Assembly (NCBI RefSeq): GCF_964204645.1
Contig: NC_134035.1
Coordinates: 2,046,001 to 2,110,000 of the forward strand
Length of the DNA stretch: 64,000 bases
Origin: Tubulanus polymorphus
Lineage: Eukaryota > Animalia > Nemertea
Direction: 5' to 3'
Of this stretch, positions 37,097-46,399 are shown piece after piece. Position numbers and translations under genes: made by a program. Below the pieces are notes generated by a model that was given only the letters and a program-made list of their open reading frames with translations, did no database searches and was not told the DNA's origin. Numbering within the stretch: position 1 is the stretch's first letter; the number at the start of each line of letters is the position of its first letter.

Positions 37097-39084
37097 AGAA
37101 CAGGTTAATTGAGTGATTTGGTGAGTAAGTAATTAGTGTTTGGCAAGGCATGAAGTAATATACTCCATATACCATATGTCGCTCATTGTTTTAAACACAT
37201 ACCGCATCAAATTTGGTTTAAATACGACCAGTGATACCGCGCGGTCTGAATAAACCATCGTTTTTGCATCCATTTTACGCTGTTAATTGAAGCATTGCCA
37301 AAAAAGTCTTCTTGAACTGATTTGAATCAGAGAAAATAGACTGCATTTTATGAACTAGATCAATTTTAACAAGTTTCCATGCCTACCATTTAGAATTATT
37401 TCCAAATCATCATGAATCATGGTTTGCGGTTATGGCAGGGGTTGACCTGATGGTTAAGTGATGGTTCGCTGATGGTATGACACCTATTTATTTGTTCATG
37501 TGACTGTACAATACAATGATACAATGTTTAGTTACTTCTGTGCTGTACTGTAGTAACCCTGTCCCGACAACCCTAAACTCTCAACCAGCCCATCAATGTC
37601 ACTCATGGAGACTGATATTGTATTCTTTCCGCATCCCCCATTCTGCTGCATGATGATGTCACAAATTATTGGCAACCAATCACGCTTCAAGTGGAAAGTC
37701 AACCATTTTGTATTAATGAGATTACTAGCTACACTGGGTTCACTGTAAATCTACAAGGGCTGAGCCAGGATTTTTGGAAGGTTTACTGAAGGGCACATGA
37801 GCACTCGTGAAGGGATGAAAGGGGTCTTAAGTGTTTCTCCCCAGAAAATTTTGAAATTTTGTTGCCCGAGGCTATTCGATAGCCATCATCAGGGAATACT
37901 TGATATTTCTTTATAAAATGGAAAAAGAAATTCCTAAAATATCTTGAGGGCACCTCAAGATATTAAAGGCGGGGGACTGGATCCGCCCTTGATATATTAA
38001 TTGTTTCTCCTGATTGTTAATGTATTTCTTTCTATTTTATATTTTACAGTGGAACCAATATTAATTGAGACGGTGGAGGATGGTCCGGAGGACGTGAAAG
38101 AGGCCATAGACCTCTTTCACTTGAACCTTGGTCCTGTCTTGGATGACCAGCTGGCAGACCCCGTTCCAGCTGCTGCCTCCCCGGATAGGCGCCCTAGGCA
38201 GCGGACCCTCCGGCAGCCGCACCCTCTTGCACAGAGGTGGTCCCGTCGCGTGGACGGGCGGCTGTGGGAGGGGGAGTTACGGGAGGTAAGCATCATCTCA
38301 ACATTAACTGTTTTTTTTATATTTCTCTCAGTTTTGATTTCGAATGAATTTCTCTCACACGAACAGTTTTTATGAATCACTTATAATATCTTTTCTTTAA
38401 TAATACTTTCATTTTCAGCGAGCCATCGTCATTTTTTTTTTTGCTTTATTTTCTAACCCTTTAGAATATTGTTTCCCAGATCGCGACGATTTATCTCTTT
38501 GTTTATATGTAATCAATTGTTTCATTATTTCAGCTCGGTTACTGATCCGAAAATTTTCTGTAAAAAATCACTTTTCAACCGATCATTTAGTAAATGAATG
38601 TTTTCTTTTTTTGCAGACGGGCACGCGCACCGCTCGGCATCGAAGACGACGCCGTCCGGCGGTTCGTCGCGGTGGTGTGGCGCCTCCCGAGGGGGAGCGA
38701 CGCGGTGGCGGAGGGGAGGAGATCGGCGTCGTGGCAGTTCCGGAGGTGGTGGAGGCGGTGCCGGTGCCGGAGCCGGAGCCGGAACCGGAACCGGTGTTTG
38801 AACCGGTCCCGGAGCCGGAGCCGGAACCGGAACCGGTAGAAGAGGAGATGGTCGTGGAGGTTGAGGAGGTAAGAGGGGTTCCTCCTGCCCCCGTGGAGCC
38901 GTTGGCCGCTGCCCCGGTTTCGGCGCTGGACAGAGTTCTGTCCAGCGACCGATGCCGCGCCGAAGTGCGGGTGGTGGCTCGCGGTTCCGTGGGACCGTGG
39001 GAGGAGCTTCTATCTTCGGATAGATCAAAGGCTCTTTTACATGATTTAAAATCGGTCTTGTTTAGGCGTGGGTACAGGGAGTAG
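15805..39084 (+). CDS. Multi-micro-exon gene (~46 coding exons, ~762-802 aa); low-complexity Ala/Thr/Pro/basic protein with putative KH-like domain; unknown family
   Basis: Manual splice reconstruction, each exon flanked by a pyrimidine tract + AG and GT (mostly GTAAGT). Exons: 15805-15828, 16352-16381, 16618-16644, (17081-17113), 17253-17276, 17495-17530, 17882-17905, 18060-18089, 18326-18352, (18787-18819), 18959-18982, 19195-19239, 19590-19613, 19770-19799, 20036-20062, (20499-20552), 20692-20715, 20932-20964, 21313-21336, 21728-21772, 25161-25241, 25609-25728, 26480-26506, 26607-26633, 26866-26910, 27442-27489, 27783-27830, 28098-28133, 28426-28473, 28741-28776, 29069-29116, 29393-29419, 29684-29719, 29903-29935, 30350-30385, 30994-31020, 31158-31211, 32138-32170, 32974-33000, 33528-33569, 34404-34442, 34699-34749, 35344-35395, 35953-36018, 38050-38285, 38617-39084. 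Joined they give one stop-free frame from MAPKRKQI to ...FRRGYRE*. Bracketed exons have weak GTTTGA donors. Confidence 0.8.
16148..16294. mobile_element. Small MITE in intron 1 of the coding region
   Basis: Imperfect TIRs ctggggccggttcca / tgcaaccacccccag, with internal reiterated cttaaga palindromes. Confidence 0.55.
16320..21462 (+). repeat. Tandem triplication of a ~1.71-kb unit carrying six micro-exons
   Basis: Units start tgaatgtgaatgttattg at ~16320, ~18028 and ~19738. The PEVLEEIPPP exon recurs at 16352, 18060 and 19770. Confidence 0.95.
22465..22652. repeat. 37-nt minisatellite (~5 copies), each with an AACCGTA-TCGG-TACGGTT palindrome
   Basis: Unit gagttaagaatcaagccaaccgtatcggtacggtttt; period 37 (22502, 22539). 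Confidence 0.9.
23086..23168 (-). mobile_element. tRNA-derived SINE head / tRNA pseudogene
   Basis: Minus strand reads ggcgcagtggccaagtggactaag...ggttcaaaccc: Pol III A-box and B-box. I could not fit a clean cloverleaf. Confidence 0.55.
23455..23725. mobile_element. MITE with perfect 13-bp TIRs
   Basis: cataggcgtcccc ... ggggacgcctatg; flanks gttct/gtttt resemble a 5-bp TSD. Confidence 0.75.
24212..24703. mobile_element. MITE with CAGTGTTGCCACTT-type TIRs
   Basis: cagtgttgccactt ... aagtggcaactctg, flanked on both sides by AATATA. Confidence 0.75.
25161..25728 (+). CDS. Two larger exons (81 and 120 nt) of the micro-exon gene, encoding a putative degenerate KH-like globular domain
   Basis: 25161-25241 + 25609-25728 give EIETVFELKLGTSLRASFQKTLTRKHP-QVIVDTPRVHAIVVVRGPKVAVDNCYEYAHELRDRLVAQE, with good splice sites (tttcag/gtaatg, tttacag/gtaaga). 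The fold call comes from the hydrophobic pattern only. Confidence 0.7.
27280..29420 (+). repeat. Tandem repeat of a ~643-656 bp unit (~3.3 copies), each carrying two micro-exons
   Basis: Homologous ORF-track starts at 27387, 28043, 28686 and 29329; exons QKP..PAR and TKP..PAR alternate. Confidence 0.95.
30533..30730. mobile_element. MITE (CAGAGTTGCCAACC-type TIR); partial second copy at ~35458-35590
   Basis: cagagttgccaacc ... ggttggcagccctg; the internal ctgattttcggtatttgttac sequence recurs at ~35478. Confidence 0.65.
33030..33155. repeat. 20-nt minisatellite (ctgtctctccgtctgtccgc)n
   Basis: Directly visible, ~6 copies; explains ORFs 32955..33285. Confidence 0.9.
36337..36383 (-). ncRNA. 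Minimal type I hammerhead ribozyme motif (Penelope-associated type)
   Basis: Minus strand: UUAUUC-CUGAAGA-U-GACUAU-UAGGAU-AUAGUC-GAAAC-GUU-GAAAUAA. Core CUGANGA/GAAA, 6-bp stem II, palindromic ACGU stem III, bulged stem I. It sits between ~48-bp inverted repeats (~36279-36326 / ~36398-36445). Confidence 0.7.
36991..37032 (-). ncRNA. Minimal type I hammerhead ribozyme motif with GUC cleavage triplet
   Basis: Minus strand: ACAC-CUGACGA-U-GAUCUC-UAGGGU-GAGAUC-GAAAC-GUC-GUGU. Perfect stem I (ACAC/GUGU), 6-bp stem II, intact catalytic core. Confidence 0.8.
38050..39084 (+). CDS. Terminal two exons (38050-38285, 38617-39084) of the micro-exon gene: Arg-rich, (EP)n and helical C-terminal segments
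   Basis: GC-rich coding-like composition; matches ORFs 38001..38375 and 38611..39084; tttacag/gtaagc and ttgcag splice sites; phases agree with upstream exons. Confidence 0.85.
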
Positions 39085-39229
39085 ATGAATCGTAAATGAT
39101 CCAGTAACGAGGTAGGCTTGTTTGTTCACTGCTTCACTGGGTCATTTACGATTCAACTGCTTCCTGTATCCGGGTAATCAGCAGTTCAACGAAACAGTTT
39201 TTTTCATCGGTCATGGTAGTCAGTTAATC

Positions 39230-39920
39230 AGCAGTAGTAGTGTAGTCATTCAGTCAAGTTACGCAGTCATACTAGTCATTTTTTGGTTAGTAGTAGTCAC
39301 TAATTTGTAGTCAGTGACTCGTAGTAGTCATTTTGTCATTAATAGTAATAGTATTGGTGACTCTGTAGCAGTCACTCAATCACAGCAGTCATGATCAGTA
39401 GTAGTCAGTAAGTCTTTATAAGTCAGTTGTAGTAGTCATTTTTTGGTTAGTATTAGTCACTAAGTTGTCAGTGACTCGTAGTAGTCATTTTGTCATTAAT
39501 AGTAATAGTATTGGTGACTCTGTAGCAGTCACTCAATCACAGTAGTCATGATCAGTAGTATTCAGTAAGTCTTTATAAGTCAGTTGTAGTAGTCATTTTT
39601 TGGTTAATAGAAGTCACTTATTTGTAGCCAGTGACTCGTAGTAGTCATTTTGACATTAATAGTAATAGTATTGGTGACTCTGTAGCAGTCACTCAATCAC
39701 AGCAGTCATGATCAGTAGTAGTCAGTAAGTCTTTATAAGTCAGTTGTAGTAGTCATTTTTTGGTTATAAGTTGTAGTCAGTGACTCGTAGTAATCATTTT
39801 GTCATTAATAGTAATAGTATTGGTGACTCTGTAGCAGTCACTCAATCACAGCAGTCATGATCAGTTGTAGTCAGTAAGTCTTTGTCAGTCAGTGACTCGG
39901 TCGTAGTAGTCAGTTGAAAG
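39230..39920 (+). repeat. ~150-160-bp tandem repeat (~4 copies) rich in AGTAGTCA, in the probable 3' UTR or just downstream
   Basis: cattaatagtaatagtattggtgactctgtagcagtcactcaatcaca recurs at ~39337, ~39494, ~39653 and ~39803. Confidence 0.9.
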
Positions 39921-40249
39921 TCGATCAGTCGATAAATTGATAATCAGCTCAATTGAGTTCAGATTATTCGAAAAACCGTCGATCGATATCTCGGCATTTT
40001 TTTAAACCGATTTTTTCTAAAACAATATTTTGCGTGTCAAACATTTTTTCGACGTGTTCGCCTCGTCGATATTTTCTAATTTTCAACAATTTGAGTAAAA
40101 ATTACTCTTTGCGAAAATTGCGGTCAATTTTCCAAGTGCAGATACTATAAGGTACAGGTGCAGATCCTTTTAGGTACAGGTGCAGATGCTCTCAGGTACA
40201 GGTGCAGATCCTTTTAGGTGCAGGTGCTGTTAGGTGCTTGGTACATATG

Positions 40250-43095
40250 TATTCAGGTACTAAGTATGCATATGACCAGTTGTACACATGGCTGGATGTA
40301 CTCATGACTAGGTGTGCACATGGCTGGGTGTGCACATGGCTGGATGTACACATGACTAGGTGTACACATGACTAGGTATATACATGGCTAGGTATTCTTG
40401 TGACTAGTCAGACTCTGTATTCTGTTTTACTAGTTGCTATCATTGTTTCTATGGTTGGGCTACCTCTCGGAGTTACTAGTCATATCTCGATATGAATCGT
40501 ACGGTGCTGGGTTTATGGCCGCAGATCCGGGCCTTCCGGAGATAAACTCGCACAAAACATTCATCCCATTCTTCCAGAGCTGGCAATGGCGTATTTCCGT
40601 CGGAAGTGACGGAATAGGAGGTATAAAATCTCCCGAGGCTGTAGCACGAGGCATAAGACCTCCCGAGGCTGCAGTAGGAGGTCCTCCCGAGGTTGCAGGA
40701 GGGTGGTCATGTACCCTCCTAGCGAGCGCAGGATGTGCACTAACCCCCCTGGCTCGCTGTGCCGAGATCTTGGCCCCCCCCTCTTCCTACCTTTTTTTTT
40801 TTATAGTTTAGGTTTAGTGATAGTTTAGGCTTTATTATTACAATTTTAAGGAGTTCGGTTTTTTTTCTTTTTTTTCTTATCTAACATAAGTCTTATATTT
40901 TTCTGTCTGTGGTAGATTTTTCGGGATAATTTTCTTAATCTTTTGAACGCATGCCTCGAGTTTGGTCTTGATATGATAGTGAAACGGTGCTGTCTAAATG
41001 AACTAGCTTTTATATCCATTTTATGCTGTATTGAAAGATAGAAAAAGAATCTACTCTTGTTGAATAAGAGAAAAGAGACTCCATTTTTTTCATTTCTAAC
41101 TGTGTTTCCAATTTCTTCAAGCCGACAAATTATAATTTTGATCATTTGGAAAATATTTCAGTATTTAGGCGTGAAAGGTGTAGGCTAATTTCTGAACTTA
41201 ATTTATTTTTGATTTATTTAAAAAAAATTGAGTCTATTGTTCTCCCTATTAGACTTGTTGACAATTCTTCGATACAGTGTAAAATGGATTATAAGAAACA
41301 ATGTTTTATTCAGAGTACGCAGTTTCACTTGTCGTTTAAGCCCAAGTTGAGGCAAGTGTTCAAATGATTCAAGGAAATATCCGAAAAAATCGATCCCAGA
41401 CAAAATATATTAGGTTTAACTTAGGCAAAATTCTAGGCAAAATTTTTTCTGCGTCGGGAACTACTGAGAATGTTTTGATATTTTAGAAAATTTTTGAAAT
41501 AATCATTATTAAGATTGGTCTTCTTTTGTTTTTTCTCAGAAGAACGTAATTGAAAATTTGAAATAGATTTGGAGTTTGGATTTCATAACAATTCGTGATG
41601 TTTCGATCCTAGGCAAAGTTAAACAAAAACGTTTGGAAACTCGTTTAAGGAGTTGATACTTTTTTGTGAATCCATTAATTGAATGAAATATTCGAAATTA
41701 ATTTCAACGTTTCAATTACGAAGCTTCTCTTAGTATGTGTGTGCGTGTGTGTGTGTGAATGTTGTATACAGTGAATGTTGGTTCTGTTTTTGCGAGAATG
41801 ATTGTTAGTTCTTCACGCGTGTCGTCTGAACCCATTAAACCCTGGGATGGGGTGTAGGGACATGGTTGAGGATGGGTTCGGGTTGTGGGGGTGGTTGGTA
41901 TTCCTATGTGGGCCCAGTTTCACGAAGATATTCAGTTTAGGATTGAGTTAGAACCAATCATTGTCAAATTATACTTCGTGAAACTGGGTTCGTTGCTCTT
42001 TAGACCATTCTTAAAAATCATATAGCAAAAATATTCAAAATTTGTCACAATATTTTCAGAAATTCCTGATTTTTTTCCAAACACTTTTTTAGGTATTTCG
42101 TTTTCTTAGGTTTTTTTTTCTTAGACTTTTTTTTGTAGGCCCTCCCCATTTATCTTGGCACGTAAATTCTTGGTATTTTCACTTAGTATAACTGGATATT
42201 GCATCCCTAGTTTTGGCTCCCTCTTTCCTCTACCCTCTACCCTGCTCCTCCTCTCTCTTCTTTTCCTCCTCCCTTCCACGTTTCTTGCCTCTCTCCTTTA
42301 CCATCCTCTCCTTACCCTAACCCTCTTCCTCTCATCCTCTCCCATACCTGATCCTCCCTCTCTCCCTTTCCTCTTCACATCCTCTTCCCTACCCTGCCCT
42401 AATCTCTTCTCTCTATGCTCTGCCCTCCTCTTTCACTTCCTCTTGTCCTCCCTCCCTGCATCCCTCCCTCCCTCCCTGCATCCCTCCCTCCCTGCATCCC
42501 TCCCTCCCTCCCTCATATCCTCTTCTCTTTATACTCTGCCCTCCTCCTTACCTCTTTTCTATCTCCCTCTTACTCCCATTTCTGCTCCCCTCCCAAATTC
42601 TCCCATAGTCCTGCCCTATTCCCTCCCTGGTCTACCCACTCCCCTCTAAATTGTTGCTGAGCTTTTACTCAGGTCCACGTTGCCGGTGCAGATATCAAGA
42701 ATTTACGCCCAACACGCGCCGCGAGCACGCATTCAGCCAGCAATATGGGAAGATGTAAGAGGGTTTTCAAAAGCGGGTATTCTGGTTGGTCTGGATATGG
42801 TCATCTTCCTGGTTAGACCGCTACGATTCACGGGATATGTCCAGTAACTCCCCAGAGGTTTCTCCAACCCTCTGGAAACAATGATAACAACTATTAAAAC
42901 ACGAATGCAGTCTCTGACTAGTCACCTGAATACTTAGTCATGTGTGTATCTAGTCATGTGTGTATCTAGTCATGTGTATGTCTAGTCATGTGTATGTCTA
43001 GTCATGTGTATGTCTAGGCATGTGTATGTCTAGGTTTGTGTATGTCTAGTTATGTGTATGTCTAGTTATGTGTATATTTAGTCACATGTATACTA
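40250..43095. mobile_element. Foldback-like element with long diverged inverted termini containing 17-nt subrepeats
   Basis: ~40400-40505 (tgactagtcagactctgtattctgttttactagttgctatcattgtttc...) is the diverged reverse complement of ~42818-42924. Outside these, (catgactaggtgtacac)-like and (tagtcatgtgtatgtc)-like arrays mirror each other. Confidence 0.6.
42218..42647. repeat. Polypyrimidine/polypurine low-complexity tract, (TCCC)n-rich
   Basis: Almost exclusively C/T on the + strand; explains ORFs 42155 and 42415. Confidence 0.9.
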
Positions 43096-43664
43096 AGTTA
43101 TTCTTATAAAGGTACATTCTCAAATTATAGACACCAAATTATTTTTTCGATTTTTGCTATGCATCCGTTTACGATGTGCGGATTATACCGTATGGTTCCC
43201 ACAGAACAGGGAAATTGGGAAAAACTTGGGAATTTTGTAATAATAATTCCCGGTTTGGAAATATTTGGGAATTTGAAAAATTTTCCTTATATCAGGAAAA
43301 TACTTGGGAAATTCATTATATTTCACATGTTGCATTTGCCAAGGGCAACTTTCTTCAGCAATTTCCCTTGAAAATCACCTTTATCAACCAGTCACCGCTA
43401 AAATGTTGACTGTTGCATGACGATATGTGTTCATTGCCATTTGGGAAAATTGAAAAATCACCCATGAAATACTTGGGAATTCTGAATTCATATAACTGAG
43501 GGAACGGTGATACCAGCATGAAAATGTTTTTTGCTTCTCACTCTCAAGTTTTGTCAGTATTTGAGATAATTTAGGATTTCTTTTGATACATAATCTTCTG
43601 ATTATCGGTCGAACAGGAAAGTGTAATTGATAACGGATAGAGCGAGATAGTTTTACACCATTAC

Positions 43665-45700
43665 AGCCAGTACTTTATTCAATATACGTTGAGGATATTT
43701 ATCTCAACACGAGCGGCGGATGAAAAATGATGTGATCAGTGAAAACAGAAAGTAGAGAGTATAATATAAGTGCAAAAAGTTGTACTTACATCGCGTCAAA
43801 AAATTAACTAAATACCGCGGATCCACGGCGATATTCCGCCTAATCTCTTCAATGATTGTTAAATAAACAAATTGAGATGATGCTTACCTCCCGTAACTCC
43901 CCCTCCAACAGCCAAGGTTCAGATGAAAGAGATCGAAAAATAACCACAACTAGAAATCATTGTGATCTTGAAAGTATTTTGATATTTCAAAGCTCTTAAA
44001 AATGGAGGCACTACTCTCAAAGTCGTTATCAGGTCTGGAATACCACTAACTCAGTAAACAATTCAAACTTACTCTACGGCGTTGTAGCCGCGGCGACCGC
44101 CGTAACGGCATTTCGTCTCTCTGGAAAAACAAAACGATCAACATTGATTAAATCATCGAAACATTAAATGATTTCTTACTGTTTGGAGAATTCGGTATCA
44201 GAATAACTTGGTAGGACCGGAAAGGTTCAGGGATTCTATATGTGAATAGCTCGGTAGGACCGGAAAGGTTCAGGGATTCTATATGTGAATAGCTCGGTAG
44301 GACCGGAAAGGTTCAGGGATTCTTATATGTGAATAGCTCGGTAGGACCAGAGAGATTCAGGGATAATTCTTTTTCCGATGCAAATTTTGAAAACAATAAA
44401 ATATCCTCATAATCATTGGTGAACCACAATGATAATAATCTACATGACTTAAAACAGGAAATAATGGTCAAGTCTTCATGAATAACCATGAACTGTGGGT
44501 GCAGAGACGCGAAAATCACTTGAAAAGTGGTTTGAACGCTCGGACAACTGGAAACATTTAAAAATTTGTCAGTTTTTACCATAGTTTATCATTGTTACAA
44601 TGGTGGTTGTCACCTATGTTGAGGATTTACCGCTAGGGGCAACATTGAAACCCGGTCTATGAAATCGGGCCAAGGTTGAGGATTTACCCCTAGGAGAAAA
44701 TGATGTGGTCTATAAAACCCTGCCCAGATTATCGAACTTAAAATGATTTGACGCAAATCAAACTTACTTTCACGGCACCAACGCGGGCCCTTTTCGGGCT
44801 GGCTCAGGTGCAGGTGCGGCGACAACTGCAGCAGAGCTGCATTTTCTTCCTATAATATAATAACAATCATGATGTTAAGATTTAATTGATTAAAATTGAA
44901 TACGTCCTAAGATGTCACGGCGGCTGCAACATTTTCATTATCAGCTAATGAAGCGTGGGATCGCCATCTGGTGGCGTAACTGGTGGGATCGCCATCTGGT
45001 GGACTTTGAGAATCTAGTTAAACTTATCAATTTGATCACAATCGAAATGGATATTTTCGATCATTTAGTTATAGAATTAACTCGTTTTGATGTTTTAACT
45101 CTACTGAGTCAAATCTTAACTGGAACTGGACCGCTTGGTATGCGTGTATTCAATATGTACAACTGAAAATACAAACGTTTCAGCTCTTATTTAGAATTCT
45201 TGGTTCCGCCCGGGCAAGTGAGATTTGCCATTTTTACATAAGTATATATAAACCCATCCACCAAAAATGTCTGGCTACAAACGGACATATCTAAAATAGG
45301 ATCATGAATATGTGTAGACTTACTATTTTCTGTGGCATCAGGGGCTACATTTTCTTCTCGACGATGTTGAGATTTAATTGATTAAAATCGAATATGTCTT
45401 ACCTTGAAATATCACGGCGGCTGCAACATTTTCGTTATTAGCTGATGAAGCGTAAAATTTCCATCTGGTGGCATAAATGGTGGGATCGCCATCTGGTGGT
45501 TTCGGTGACGCGATCGCCACCTGGTTAGTACAATATCAAATCTCATTGATGTTGAGATGATGCTTACCTCCCGTAACTCCCCCTCCGACAGCCGCCCGTC
45601 CACACGACGGGACCACCTCTGCGCAGCAGGGTGCGGCTGCCAGAGGGTCCGCTGCCTAGGGCGCCTAACTGGGAAGGCAGCAGTTGGAGCGGGGTCTGCA
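43665..45700 (-). pseudogene. Scrambled inverted mosaic of fragments paralogous to the 3' part of the micro-exon gene
   Basis: Reverse-complement matches: ~43665-43870 to exon 35953-36018 plus intron; ~43874-43912 and ~45550-45700 to exon 38050-38285; ~44068-44360 to exon 34699-34749 plus upstream intron; ~44365-44800 to intron 33570-33995 and exon 33528-33569; ~44835-44880 and ~45255-45345 to exon 35344-35395 and flanks. The order is non-collinear, one acceptor is mutated and the chimeric exon is frameshifted. Confidence 0.85.
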
Positions 45701-46399
45701 TTCGTTTATCTAGAGATCTGCATCAATTGGTGACATTGAGAATTCTTTCCTTCAGGTCGGCCAATTTTAAGTCTGCCGGCCTTTTCCTATTATAACTTTG
45801 TTACCCGCACCCAAATTTTTATTAGGGAATAGAGAAGTGTATCTGGGCTCTTCCCGGTGACCATTGAGTCGTCTCGGCTGTGTTACAAATAGCTTAGTTT
45901 CTTCTGTCATTCAACGTGCAGAAGTTGCGAGCGCGATAATTAGTTAAAACAAAGCGTAAAGAGGAGGCAGCCATATTATAACGTAGGAAGAAAAAGTATA
46001 ATTAGACTTCGATAATTTTGCAAAATGATTTATTTCATTAGAATTGAAATGGAGACGTTCATTACCAATTCGGAGCAAACTTAGATTAAAATCTAGCAAA
46101 ATTAGATTACGATTGAAATGGACGTTCATAACCATATTTCCAAATGGGTTTTACTTCCCAGAATTTAGCTGTGTCGTTATTAAGACTGTCGTTAAAACTA
46201 TTGTTTTCTGTATGAATTCTGAGCCCTTTACTATTTCCTCCGTGAAGGGCGGACAACGTTATAGTTCGATTCAAATGCAGTAGAATCTTATGGTTTTTGT
46301 GTGGTGTCTATAATTTTAGAATGTGCGTATCTAACACTTACTTTTGTATCAATACCCGGTTAATGATGCATCGGTTATTATCATACGAATCTTTTTTCA

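Noticed and set aside
38525-39028. Pro-rich minus-strand ORF (167 aa)
   Set aside because: Antisense shadow of the GC-rich terminal exon on the + strand, which has proper splice sites and frame continuity.
40846-41403. Minus-strand basic ORFs as a viral or transposase gene
   Set aside because: Short, interrupted by stops, and with no motif I can recognise.
42155-42660. Leu/Pro/Ser-rich membrane protein ORFs
   Set aside because: Translation of a C/T low-complexity tract.
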